The notes under the pieces were generated by a model. It did not search any database. It was given only the letters and a program-made list of their open reading frames with translations, and was not told the origin of the DNA. 64,000 bases of DNA. It comes from a virus. Position 1 is the first letter of the stretch, and each line of letters begins with the position of its first letter. Location: positions 38,985 to 102,984 of IMG/VR virus record IMGVR_UViG_3300035698_035364; one strand, written 5' to 3'. This document shows positions 20,506 through 29,976 of the stretch, in pieces. Made by a program: the position numbers and the translations under genes.

Positions 20506-23430
20506 GTGCTGTTTACTTCCAATCAAGTTGCAGTTAGTGGTGGTCGAGTGGTTATTACTTTGCTCCCTCGATCTGAGGATTTTTTCACAGATAGCAGCAC
20601 ATTAGCTGCCAGAGATCCTGTTCAAATGGCTAATGTTGTTTCTCAGGGAGGTATTAGTGCTGATGAGCAAATAACCCAACCGACAAAGGAACCTGTATTT
20701 ATTAGAATAGAAACAGGGCAAATCCGTAATCCATATAAGATTTCTATTGGGGTATCTATTACTCCGGAGAGTGCCGGTGGGCCTGAAGGTCAGACTGTTG
20801 ATAGGGGAACGGATCCGGAGATAGAAGTGCAAGAAGATGTGAACTCTTTATTCCAGAAAGAAAAAAGTAGAGCAGCAAGTAATTTAGTTATTGATTGTTA
20901 TAATGATGATGATTGGATCCCGGTGGTGGAAACTATTCTAGGAGACAATAACGGAACACGATCACAAATAAATCAGGAGTTGGATGATATGGCCAATTCT
21001 ACTCCTTTTGGTGCTTCTACGATGTATGATGCTGTAGTAAAAGGAGCCAGGTTATTATCTGATACTGCTTTAGATGGAACAAGGAAGTTAATATATTTGC
21101 TTACGGATAATGAAACAGCCGCTTCTCTGGCCACGGTGGATCAATCTTTGGAAGAGGTTAATGCTATTGATGGGGATAAAGAAGTCCCTATCTTAATAGC
21201 TAATATGGCTATTGTAGATCCTCAAACATTATCAGTAAAGATCAATAGTTCTGATACAAGGGATATTAATAAGTTAGCGTTTCTAACTGATGGGCAAAGT
21301 GTGACTGTTGATAGCGAGAGTTATTTAAATGATGTGACTGCTATATTCTATCATGAGGCAGCAGGATCATTAGGATATGGTACTTACGAATTTACAATGG
21401 ATCTGGGAGAAGAAGTATTAGTCAATTATATAACGGCTTATTTTGATGTGGTCTCAGACAATTCTAATGCTACGTGGTCTATTGAAACAAGCACAGATGG
21501 ATATAATTTTACAGTCATAGATGCTACTAATGATTATGATGAGACTGTTGATTATAATGAATTATTTGCTAGATATATTAAGTTTAAAATTATATTAGTT
21601 ACTGGTTTTAATACAGTGGAAGACGAATATGGGGCATATCCTGAATCTCCTGCTTTGACTTCTGTGGTTGTTGTATATAACACGTCTAAAGTAGCATACT
21701 TATATCTGAATAAAGAAGAGGAGGAGATTCCCCCTTACCAAATGACGTTAGCGGTGAATGCCAATGAAATTAATGAGGATCAAATAAAAATTGGTGTGGC
21801 CAAATCTGATTCCCATAATTGGAGTGATTTTTCTACAGATTCTCAACCGTCTGTTAGCCAGAATGGTAAGGTTGTTATCCCAATAAGATTTTCTCAAGAT
21901 ATTACGGAGTTTCAACAAGAGCCTTTGAAAAAGGTCAATAACCATATTTTAAAGACGGAGTATGGCAGTTGGGATTCTTATGCTACTGTGTTGTTATATG
22001 ATGATAATGATGAGGTTATTCCTACTACCTATTATGTGCTGCAACCAAGAGAAGGGATAGTGGTTTTTAACTATGCTTTGCCAAATGCTTATGTCGATGG
22101 GGATTATAAAATTGGTGTTTTGAATGGCACTAATTATAAGGTTGGTTTGAAACTTACTAATAAAACGGAAGCTGCTACGTTGGATATTTATGGGGTAGGT
22201 TATCTTTACACAACTGGTAGAAATTTACTTCCTCCACTCTCTAAAGCGTTGCCTGAAGTAAGAAGTGCTATTATCACTAATGAAGATCCAAATAGATTTA
22301 GCCCAATAACAATCTCATATATCTATTTTGATGCTAATTTTGATCAAGAAGTAACAGCGTCTCGTATAATCAGGTGGTTCATTAATGGGAAGCAAATTAC
22401 TTACCTGGATAATTTGATTAGTTGGAATGATATCGATGACCCTCAAGATCCTTTGTATGAAAATACTTCTTTGTCTTATCCTAACACAGAAGACCTGGAT
22501 GGAGACACTATAGATGAATGGGCCAGGAAACAAACTGATTCTATTTTGCAGCCAGGAGATAAACTTCATTTTGAAATACAGGTTAGTGATGGAGAATTTT
22601 TAAGTCTAACAGGGAAATCTAATATAGTTGAAGTGGCTGAGTCTGTGCCAGTGTTGGATGGGATATTTGTAAAAGCGAAAGATGAAAATAATAATATCAT
22701 TGATAGATTGGCCACTGATAACCAAGCAGTGATATATCCTTCTATTGATACTATATTCCATTCTGACGGATCTGATAATGCATCAGAGATAGTGTGGTAT
22801 GTAAATGATGAGGTATTTAAGAGAGGGACATATGGGCAGGAAGTTCTTACTGGTCAACCTCCTATCCATGAAATATGGATCAATGAAATAGGTCAAGTGA
22901 ATTACTTAGATTATGGTTTAAGAATATCTAATGCTATTTTTGTTCAGGTTACTCCTAGAACTTCTTCATCAGTAGGGACTCCCGTGACAAGTCCGGTAGT
23001 GGTTGTAGAGAATGCTTTGCCTAGAATTTTTAATGTGAATTATGCTACTACTAGTTATGTAGCAGGTAGAGACTTGGTTTTGGTGTGGGACTTCTTTGAT
23101 TTTGAGATTAATGAGATAGGCAGTTTAGATACAACTAGTCAAACAGATCAAACTAGTGTTAAATGGTTTAGGAAGAATCCTGGGGGGATCTTTGAAGAGG
23201 TGTATGTATATAACGATCATACTACAACTACTTTGGATGAGGTATTTAATGATACAGATTATCAGGGGCATATATCCACTAATTTAGGCACTCATGCTTC
23301 TACTGTCGATGGTAATGTTATAGTGACAGGGCAACAATGGTATGCTCAGATAATACCTCACGATAGTTTAGATGAAGGAGCAATTGTTACTAGTGAGATT
23401 ATTACCGTTACTGCTAGTAGCAATGTATAA
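20506..23430 (+). CDS. Large virion-associated protein with C-terminal half of a vWA fold, discoidin-like module and repeated Ig-like modules
   Basis: GASTMYDAV..KLIYLLTD..INKLAFLTDG vWA-like second half; 'IETSTDG...ARYIKFKI' F5/8-like; repeated 'i.Wf.ng' and 'V/I.P.D' modules. No clear RBS before GTG 20506. Confidence 0.65.
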   Translation: MLFTSNQVAVSGGRVVITLLPRSEDFFTDSSTLAARDPVQMANVVSQGGISADEQITQPTKEPVFIRIETGQIRNPYKISIGVSITPESAGGPEGQTVDRGTDPEIEVQEDVNSLFQKEKSRAASNLVIDCYNDDDWIPVVETILGDNNGTRSQINQELDDMANSTPFGASTMYDAVVKGARLLSDTALDGTRKLIYLLTDNETAASLATVDQSLEEVNAIDGDKEVPILIANMAIVDPQTLSVKINSSDTRDINKLAFLTDGQSVTVDSESYLNDVTAIFYHEAAGSLGYGTYEFTMDLGEEVLVNYITAYFDVVSDNSNATWSIETSTDGYNFTVIDATNDYDETVDYNELFARYIKFKIILVTGFNTVEDEYGAYPESPALTSVVVVYNTSKVAYLYLNKEEEEIPPYQMTLAVNANEINEDQIKIGVAKSDSHNWSDFSTDSQPSVSQNGKVVIPIRFSQDITEFQQEPLKKVNNHILKTEYGSWDSYATVLLYDDNDEVIPTTYYVLQPREGIVVFNYALPNAYVDGDYKIGVLNGTNYKVGLKLTNKTEAATLDIYGVGYLYTTGRNLLPPLSKALPEVRSAIITNEDPNRFSPITISYIYFDANFDQEVTASRIIRWFINGKQITYLDNLISWNDIDDPQDPLYENTSLSYPNTEDLDGDTIDEWARKQTDSILQPGDKLHFEIQVSDGEFLSLTGKSNIVEVAESVPVLDGIFVKAKDENNNIIDRLATDNQAVIYPSIDTIFHSDGSDNASEIVWYVNDEVFKRGTYGQEVLTGQPPIHEIWINEIGQVNYLDYGLRISNAIFVQVTPRTSSSVGTPVTSPVVVVENALPRIFNVNYATTSYVAGRDLVLVWDFFDFEINEIGSLDTTSQTDQTSVKWFRKNPGGIFEEVYVYNDHTTTTLDEVFNDTDYQGHISTNLGTHASTVDGNVIVTGQQWYAQIIPHDSLDEGAIVTSEIITVTASSNV

Positions 23431-24158
23431 TGATACATCAAATAAGAACAACGAAACCTCTTATTGACATCATTCTATTAACTCATAATAACCTGGAAAA
23501 TACGAAACAATGTATAGATGCATTATATCGTTACACGGGTGATTTTGGATTAATTATCTTAGATAATGCTTCTACAGATGGGACGAAGGCATATATTAAG
23601 GATTTAGCGGGGCAACGTGACAATATCTCTTGCATGTTCGAGAAGACTAATACCTATATTGTTGAAGGACGAGGTTTTGCCTACGAAGTGTGTTTATTGT
23701 CTAAGCACCAATCAAAATATGTTATGTTTCTGGATGCGGATCAATTCTGTTCAGATGGATGGTTTGATAGTTACTTAGAGTTATTGAAAGATTATGATAT
23801 CGTGGGAGCAGAAGCGTGGAGCATGCGGCCAGATGATTTCTATCCTTGTGCTAAAGTTGAATCTAAGGGTGAGATATTTAATTACGTGGGAGTAGGTGGG
23901 ATGATGATGAGGCATTCGGTAATAGACCATATAGGTCTATTTGATCCTAGATTTAAGAAATTCTACTTTGAAGATCCTGACTTTTGTTGGAGGGCACATC
24001 AACAAGATTATAAGATAGGTTGGAATAATTCTGGTAAAATTGTGCATAAACCTCATAAACTTTTAGTTGATGCAGAGAGAAAGAAGTTCTTCTTTGACAA
24101 TTGGAAGAGGTTTCAGGAGAAATGGGAAGGTCACAAAATCCCGATGTTTATTATGTAG
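23430..24158 (+). CDS. Glycosyltransferase family 2
   Basis: IDIILLTHN, IILDNASTDGT, MFLDAD, FDPRF..YFEDPDFCWR motifs. Confidence 0.9.
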   Translation: MIHQIRTTKPLIDIILLTHNNLENTKQCIDALYRYTGDFGLIILDNASTDGTKAYIKDLAGQRDNISCMFEKTNTYIVEGRGFAYEVCLLSKHQSKYVMFLDADQFCSDGWFDSYLELLKDYDIVGAEAWSMRPDDFYPCAKVESKGEIFNYVGVGGMMMRHSVIDHIGLFDPRFKKFYFEDPDFCWRAHQQDYKIGWNNSGKIVHKPHKLLVDAERKKFFFDNWKRFQEKWEGHKIPMFIM

Positions 24159-24312
24159 CGACTTCTTCTTCCCTTATTCTTTTTAGTATTAATTCTCGCA
24201 GAACTACGCTCATATTCTTTTCTTCTTTCTCACAGATAATCTCAAATCTTCTGAATAGGGATGGAGTTGTAACAAACTGAACTATTCTAGTGTTTTTTTC
24301 TTTCTTGGCCAT
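24151..24312 (-). CDS. Small ribbon-helix-helix (CopG/Arc/MetJ-like) DNA-binding protein, 53 aa, not in the ORF track
   Basis: Manual translation MAKKEKNTRIVQFVTTPSLFRRFEIICEKEEKNMSVVLRELILKRIREEEVAT*; AAGGAG RBS 6 nt upstream; beta-strand then helix-turn-'NMS.vlRe.I' pattern. Confidence 0.75.
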   Translation of the reverse strand: MAKKEKNTRIVQFVTTPSLFRRFEIICEKEEKNMSVVLRELILKRIREEEVAT

Positions 24313-24458
24313 GTTTTTCTCCTTAAATAAGTATACCTATATATTCATCGGAATTAATCATTATCATCTTTAATTTTTCCAAAGAATAAAAGAGGATTTC
24401 CCATATAGTTGTCAGAAGTTATATATATGAATTAATGATAATTATAAGGAGATTAGTA

Positions 24459-24638
24459 ATGATTAGAGAAAATGAGCGATTGTTGAGTAGTCTATCCAAG
24501 TATTTTTTAGAGGAAAGAGATTTGGACAAGGCGTATATTAAGACAAATAGAGTGATAAGACGATTGCATAATGCAGGAAAAGATATACCTATGAAAGAAA
24601 TTCAGAGTTATGCTTATCAGTGCGAGGAGGGCAAGTAA
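24459..24638 (+). CDS. Small hypothetical protein
   Basis: AAGGAG RBS before ATG 24459; divergent from the RHH gene. Confidence 0.6.
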   Translation: MIRENERLLSSLSKYFLEERDLDKAYIKTNRVIRRLHNAGKDIPMKEIQSYAYQCEEGK

Positions 24639-24639
24639 A

Positions 24640-25449
24640 ATGGATCAGGTGTGTTTGTATTGCAATGGAGAATTTTCAGGTCGGAAGAAAAAATATTGTT
24701 CTAATCAGTGTGGGACATTCCACTGGGAAGATAAAAATAGAGAAAAAAGGAAAAGGTATAAAAAGGTATATCGTCAAGAAAATAAAGCCACTTTGCAAAA
24801 ATATAATGCTGAATATCATCAAAAAAATAAAGATGCGTTAAATGAGAGAGTAAAAATATATAATAAAAATAACAGAGATAAAATAAAAGCATATAACGAT
24901 AATAGAAAAGGAGTTTATCAAGAATATTATCAAAATAATAGAGATAAGATATTGTCATTCCAAAAGATTTATTATAAAGATAATAAGGGAAGATTATTGG
25001 CCTATGGAAGGGGATATTATCAGGAAAATAAAGATGCAATATTGAAATATCACAGAGAGTGGGAGAAAGACAATAAAGATAGGGTTGATGAGTGGAGGAG
25101 GGAGTATATGAGGAAGCGTCGCAAAGATCCTATGTTTAAATTGAATGGTAATCTTAGTGGGAGAATTAGGAATTCCCTCAAAACTAAAAAGTTGTCTAAA
25201 AATGGCAGACATTGGGAAGATCTCGTTGGGTATACGATTCAAAATTTAAAACAACATCTAGAGAACTTGTTTCAGCCCGGCATGTCATGGGGGAACATAG
25301 GGGAGTGGCATGTTGATCATATCATTCCTATTTCTTTTTTTAGATATAAGGATGTTAATGATACAGAGTTTAAATATTGTTGGTCGTTGAATAATCTTCA
25401 GCCGTTGTGGGCGGAAGATAATCTAAAAAAGAATAATAAGATATTGTAA
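24640..25449 (+). CDS. HNH homing endonuclease with N-terminal Cys cluster and ~15-aa Y..NK repeats
   Basis: WHVDHIIP...NLQPLWAEDNLKK HNH motif; CxxC..KKYCSNQC; GAGGAGG RBS before ATG 24640. Confidence 0.85.
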   Translation: MDQVCLYCNGEFSGRKKKYCSNQCGTFHWEDKNREKRKRYKKVYRQENKATLQKYNAEYHQKNKDALNERVKIYNKNNRDKIKAYNDNRKGVYQEYYQNNRDKILSFQKIYYKDNKGRLLAYGRGYYQENKDAILKYHREWEKDNKDRVDEWRREYMRKRRKDPMFKLNGNLSGRIRNSLKTKKLSKNGRHWEDLVGYTIQNLKQHLENLFQPGMSWGNIGEWHVDHIIPISFFRYKDVNDTEFKYCWSLNNLQPLWAEDNLKKNNKIL

Positions 25450-25477
25450 AGTGGTTATTCGGAGGTAAGATGCTGAT

Positions 25478-26566
25478 ATGAAACTAGGTATATTTTGTAA
25501 TTTTAGTTTTCCTCACGTTGGTGGCTCAGAATTCGTAATAAAGCATATTTCTGAGATATTAGCCCAAAAATACGGATATAAGGTCAATGTGTATAGTTTC
25601 TCCACTTCTAAGATATTTAGTGAAAAGGGAGTGAATTATATCCCCTGCGAGAGAGGGGAAGGTATATTATCTCAAATAGCCCAGAATGATCATGTAATGA
25701 TTTATAGTGATGGATTGTGGGAAAGTGAGTATATACTTAAAAACATGGCTAAAGTTGATTGTAGGGTCTCCTGGAGCCTTTGTGGGGCATATAAGATAAG
25801 GTCTCATCCTGAATTAGAAAAGTTGTTCCTGAAACATAGAAATAGGTTTAATGTAATCACTCATGCACAAGGAGGAGATTATACGTGGTGTGCTAGAAAT
25901 GGGTTTATTCCTCATGTTATTCCAAATGGAGTGAATTTACAAGAGTTCAGGGATAATACTGTTGATTTCAGAGAAAAGTATGGCATTAAAGAAAAATATA
26001 TTTTGCTTTCTGTTTTTAACCATTTTTTTGGGAAGGGAGGGGAAATATTGGGGCCAATAGATAAGAGGTTAAGGGGGATTAGGGATGATTTTATAATAGT
26101 TCAGATTTCTAACACTGTTGATTATCCTTTCGATCAGATTTTTTTAAAAAAAGCCAAGAATGGTTTTGGTAATAGAAAGTGTCTATTTTTAAGAGATATT
26201 CCTAGAATTGACGTAGTATCGGCTTTTAAAGCAGCAGATCTATTTGTTTTTCCTTCTCGAAAGGAAGTTGCTCCGTTGGTGCTTTTAGAGAGCAGAGCGG
26301 CCAAATTGCCATGGATTAGTTTGCCTGTAGGTGATACTTATGCTCAACAAGGTGGTAGGTTGGTTAGCGTTCGTCAAGACAGGGACGAAAAGGGATATGT
26401 TATTTTTGAGAATCATCTAATTGATGCTTTTGTAAAAGGCATACGTGAGATGTTGTTAAATTCTGATGGAGCGAAGGACAGATCAGTTGAGTATGGGCAA
26501 AATAAAATAGAACAAATAGATTGGGATAATATCGTTCCCCTATATGATAAGGTATTTCAATCATGA
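25478..26566 (+). CDS. Glycosyltransferase family 4 (GT-B)
   Basis: P.VGGSE N-terminal motif, VIPNGV, ADLFVFPSRKEVAPLVLLES. Confidence 0.88.
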   Translation: MKLGIFCNFSFPHVGGSEFVIKHISEILAQKYGYKVNVYSFSTSKIFSEKGVNYIPCERGEGILSQIAQNDHVMIYSDGLWESEYILKNMAKVDCRVSWSLCGAYKIRSHPELEKLFLKHRNRFNVITHAQGGDYTWCARNGFIPHVIPNGVNLQEFRDNTVDFREKYGIKEKYILLSVFNHFFGKGGEILGPIDKRLRGIRDDFIIVQISNTVDYPFDQIFLKKAKNGFGNRKCLFLRDIPRIDVVSAFKAADLFVFPSRKEVAPLVLLESRAAKLPWISLPVGDTYAQQGGRLVSVRQDRDEKGYVIFENHLIDAFVKGIREMLLNSDGAKDRSVEYGQNKIEQIDWDNIVPLYDKVFQS

Positions 26567-26826
26567 GTGGAGTTAGAGCAGAAATAGCAGAGATAAAGTG
26601 GCAGGGGCTAACTGATCATACTGGCTATTATGTAATTTTGGGAATGGGAGACCAACGGTTTATTATGTTGGAAGATGGAAGTAGTATTAGCGAAAGAAAA
26701 TTCATGGATCGAAAAGAACCTCAGAAAATAGTTGATGCGATAAATGGGAATGGCATATATGGAGATTGCCCATCTAATTCTGATCCAGAAGATAGATGTA
26801 TGTTAATAGATTTAGAGGAAAGGTAA
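26563..26826 (+). CDS. Small hypothetical protein, paralog of 26830..27033, with C-terminal tag DRCMLIDLEER
   Basis: MSGVRA start and QKIVD.ING shared with the neighbour. Confidence 0.7.
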   Translation: MSGVRAEIAEIKWQGLTDHTGYYVILGMGDQRFIMLEDGSSISERKFMDRKEPQKIVDAINGNGIYGDCPSNSDPEDRCMLIDLEER

Positions 26827-26829
26827 GCC

Positions 26830-27033
26830 ATGAGTGGAGTTAGAGCAAAATTAGCAGTTATAGCAGATGGAATGCTTCCTCATTCTCAGTATTTTTATGC
26901 ATGTAACATATTGATAATAATAGGAGACAACAAATATCTTATGTGTCATGATGATAATTATTCAATTAAAGCGTTTCACAATGAAAAGGAAGCCCAAAAA
27001 ATAGTAGATGAGATTAACGGAGATAAATTATGA
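26830..27033 (+). CDS. Small hypothetical protein, paralog of 26563..26826
   Basis: Identical first 18 nt ATGAGTGGAGTTAGAGCA; QKIVDEING. Confidence 0.7.
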   Translation: MSGVRAKLAVIADGMLPHSQYFYACNILIIIGDNKYLMCHDDNYSIKAFHNEKEAQKIVDEINGDKL

Positions 27034-27821
27034 GTATACCATTAGTTAGTGTAATAATGACAGTGTATAATGGGGGCAAATATGTAGAAAGAGCATTGGC
27101 ATCTCTCAGCAATCAGAATTTCCAGGATTTTGAATTATTAGTTGCTGATGATGGATCCACCGATAACACATGGAACAAAGTACTGGGTGCCCCTGCTTTT
27201 AATGGTCTTAACATAGAAAGACATAAAGAGAATAAGGGTGTGGCCGTCCGTCGTAATGAACTCATTAATAAGGCGAGAGGTAAGTATATTGCTATTCAGG
27301 ATGTTGATGATATCAGTGAGCCAGAGAGATTTGAAAAGCAAGTAGAATTCCTAGAGGCAAATCCTGGCATATATTTCTTAGGTAGTTTGGCATGGAAGAT
27401 AGAAGGGGATGCTCTTGATCACACTGATAATCATCATGGTGCCCCTGTTATGTCTTATCCTCCTGAGAATCATGCAGATATTGTAGATATGATTCGGAAT
27501 AAGAAACAAAATCCTATGATCGATCCTACTATGATGATTAATAGGGCCGTATTTAAGCACCATGGAAGCTATCGTGAGAGGTATCATTTAGTGCCTGATT
27601 TTGATACATGGTGTAAATTTATATACTTGCATTATGAATTCCATAATTTACAGGATTACTTGATACAATATATGATAAATCCTGAGGGGAACACTCAAAA
27701 ATATAAAAAAGAGATGATACAGCAGCATGTGAAGGTGTGGAAAGAGTTTTATGATACGGCCTTTAGCGGTATTGGGGGCCTAAGTGGATCTAGCGATGAC
27801 ATAATATTAGAGGGTTTTTAG
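27030..27821 (+). CDS. Glycosyltransferase family 2
   Basis: PLVSVIMTVYN, DDGSTD, RGKYIAIQDVDDIS.PERFEKQV. Confidence 0.92.
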   Translation: MSIPLVSVIMTVYNGGKYVERALASLSNQNFQDFELLVADDGSTDNTWNKVLGAPAFNGLNIERHKENKGVAVRRNELINKARGKYIAIQDVDDISEPERFEKQVEFLEANPGIYFLGSLAWKIEGDALDHTDNHHGAPVMSYPPENHADIVDMIRNKKQNPMIDPTMMINRAVFKHHGSYRERYHLVPDFDTWCKFIYLHYEFHNLQDYLIQYMINPEGNTQKYKKEMIQQHVKVWKEFYDTAFSGIGGLSGSSDDIILEGF

Positions 27822-27870
27822 ACGATATGCAGAATATAACAGTAAACTTATTTACTACGAGGACAAGAAA

Positions 27871-28368
27871 ATGCAAGATATACCTCAATGGATAACAAAG
27901 ATTATAAAGCAACAAAATTTGAAATGTAGTAATTGTGATACATCTTTTTCGCTTCGTCACCTAATGGCTGTTGGAGTGCAAAAAGGAGCCGATAATCCTA
28001 GAAAGGACTATGTGTTTATTGGGATGTGGTGTGGGGAATGTGATGAGTTGAGTATGTTTGAATTAAGGCCAATGGGCTTATTAGATTTTGCTATGGATAT
28101 AATAGATCATACTGGAGATCCTATTGAGATCGACTTATCGCCTTCTGCTAAGAAAAAAAATGCTATGCAGAAGAAAAGTAAGGAAGAGAAGGATAGGAGC
28201 AAAAGTGAAATCACAGAAAAGGAATCTAGGGATTGCGTAAAGTTCCTACAAAAAGCTAATCATGAGGAATTTATGCTTGAGTTGGGCATGTCTCCAGAAG
28301 ATATTGCTTCGTACCATGTGAAGCCTGATCCTAAATATAGAAAGAAAAATAAGAAAAATGAACAATAA
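27871..28368 (+). CDS. Hypothetical protein with zinc-finger (CSNC...CGEC)
   Basis: Two CxxC pairs; GAGG RBS. Confidence 0.65.
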   Translation: MQDIPQWITKIIKQQNLKCSNCDTSFSLRHLMAVGVQKGADNPRKDYVFIGMWCGECDELSMFELRPMGLLDFAMDIIDHTGDPIEIDLSPSAKKKNAMQKKSKEEKDRSKSEITEKESRDCVKFLQKANHEEFMLELGMSPEDIASYHVKPDPKYRKKNKKNEQ

Positions 28369-29410
28369 TGTCAGTGATTTTAAGATTGCTGCAGCGATCA
28401 TAAAAATAATATGTCGAAAACATCGTGTTGTTTTTGTGGATGTCCCTATTAGTTTCGATAAAGAAGCAGATGGAGTTCTATGTGTCAATGACTCACAGAA
28501 TGTAGCACATACTATTTATCAAATTGTCAGTGAATATATTAAAAAATCACCTTTGATAGTTAGTATGGCGTTAATACCTGATAATGATCAAAGAGATAGT
28601 TTCCTGTTGACTCTGGCTTCTAATCTAAGAAGATTTATTTATCGTAATGAGCATGCTCTCGAAGAACCTTCTACTTTGCTAAGACTTTACCAACGTCCTT
28701 TAATATGGATCCTGATGAAGGATCTGGTTTGCCCGATATTCAACAAGGATATTAAAAATATTGTGGTTAGTGTTGGTGTCTCTCCATTTTTGGATCTGTC
28801 GTTGTTCTGGGAGGAAAGAAGTGCAGAAAATCCAGGCCCGGATAACTCTCCTTTTATTTTTCTTAATCATATAGATAATGAGCCTGTCTCAGATGCTTCG
28901 TTGTTCTTATCAGCGATAGAAGCACATGGGCTATCTCCGGTAGAAGTGATGCAGAGTATCTATGAAAGTGATTTATATGAGAAGTTTAGGGGGCTATTAG
29001 ATTTAGCATACGAAGAAGATGAGATCAATGATTTTGAATGCACTCTAATAACAGGGATTGGTATTAATTTCTTTGATTGTCTAACTAGGGCGGCTGATGC
29101 CGATAAGTCAATTAAGGTGGCACAGTCCACGTTCCCCCGTATTAATCAGTATTGGCAGTTGGGTATTTTGGATAGTATGTTGGAGCCGGTGAGGGGAACT
29201 GACTGGTCAACATACCAAAGTTTAGAGCCACAAGTTAAAGAATTTTGGGATAAAGTGGAAAAAGTGAGATTAAAAAGGGTTAAAAGTGGAAAAGATACGG
29301 TGGTCCCTTTTGAGGTGTTATTGAGGATAAAGGCACAGGACACAACAAGTTATGTGACTGATCCTACTTTGACGATGCAGGCATTATTATCTTCAAATAG
29401 AGTATGGTAA
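28358..29410 (+). CDS. Hypothetical protein
   Basis: 350-aa ORF overlapping the upstream stop; no recognisable family. Confidence 0.65.
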   Translation: MNNNVSDFKIAAAIIKIICRKHRVVFVDVPISFDKEADGVLCVNDSQNVAHTIYQIVSEYIKKSPLIVSMALIPDNDQRDSFLLTLASNLRRFIYRNEHALEEPSTLLRLYQRPLIWILMKDLVCPIFNKDIKNIVVSVGVSPFLDLSLFWEERSAENPGPDNSPFIFLNHIDNEPVSDASLFLSAIEAHGLSPVEVMQSIYESDLYEKFRGLLDLAYEEDEINDFECTLITGIGINFFDCLTRAADADKSIKVAQSTFPRINQYWQLGILDSMLEPVRGTDWSTYQSLEPQVKEFWDKVEKVRLKRVKSGKDTVVPFEVLLRIKAQDTTSYVTDPTLTMQALLSSNRVW

Positions 29411-29414
29411 AGTG

Positions 29415-29442
29415 TTGAAAAGTGGAAAATAGAGAGTATATT
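29415..29442 (+). promoter_or_regulatory. Sigma70-like promoter with conserved AGTGGAAA spacer (copy 1)
   Basis: TTGAAA-N16-TATATT; 17-mer TTGAAAAGTGGAAAATA identical to 47018-47034. Confidence 0.55.
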
Positions 29443-29480
29443 GATTGATGTGATGTCGATTTACAGATAAGAGGTACTAA

Positions 29481-29798
29481 ATGATGAACGACCAAGAACA
29501 TAAAGAATTTTTGAATGGTGTTTTGATAAAAGTGGAAAATGCTGTTAATTTTCTCAACGAAGATCCTCCCAAACACATATTGTGTCATAGGAAGATGTTG
29601 GGAGTGCAACAGAAATTTGGAGAGGTGATCCCTGATCAAAAAGGAGAGTTGTTCTCCCATTTGGTCTCTGTTAGAGGTGTTTTACACTTTTTAATGAATG
29701 GTAATTATAAAGAAGCCAAAGTGAAATTGGCCAAGTTAAAAGTGGATTTATATAAGTTATACTCGAAATATAAAAATGAAGATAATTCAGACAAATAG
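29481..29798 (+). CDS. Hypothetical helical protein
   Basis: GAGG RBS, 105 aa. Confidence 0.65.
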   Translation: MMNDQEHKEFLNGVLIKVENAVNFLNEDPPKHILCHRKMLGVQQKFGEVIPDQKGELFSHLVSVRGVLHFLMNGNYKEAKVKLAKLKVDLYKLYSKYKNEDNSDK

Positions 29799-29967
29799 TT
29801 TTATTCAAAGACAGGCAGATTTAATGACATCTCCGCCGATAGAACAGTCTCTTGGTATATTTAATAATCCCGAAGATGGAAAAAGACTTAAAAAGAAGAA
29901 GAAAAAGAAGTTGTATCAGTTGAACCGTATAGTAGATGATGTAGACCCAGAGCAGCAGGGTTATTAG
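29776..29967 (+). CDS. Small basic hypothetical protein
   Basis: Fills the gap before the helicase; poly-Lys tract. Confidence 0.5.
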   Translation: MKIIQTNSFIQRQADLMTSPPIEQSLGIFNNPEDGKRLKKKKKKKLYQLNRIVDDVDPEQQGY

Positions 29968-29976
29968 GAGTCGTTC

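Noticed and set aside
29250-29545. Extra AAAGTGGAAAA matches inside coding regions (also ~47250)
   Set aside because: Explained by Lys-Val-Glu or Lys-Ser-Gly codons and lack the TTG and -10 context; they do lower confidence in the promoter motif slightly.
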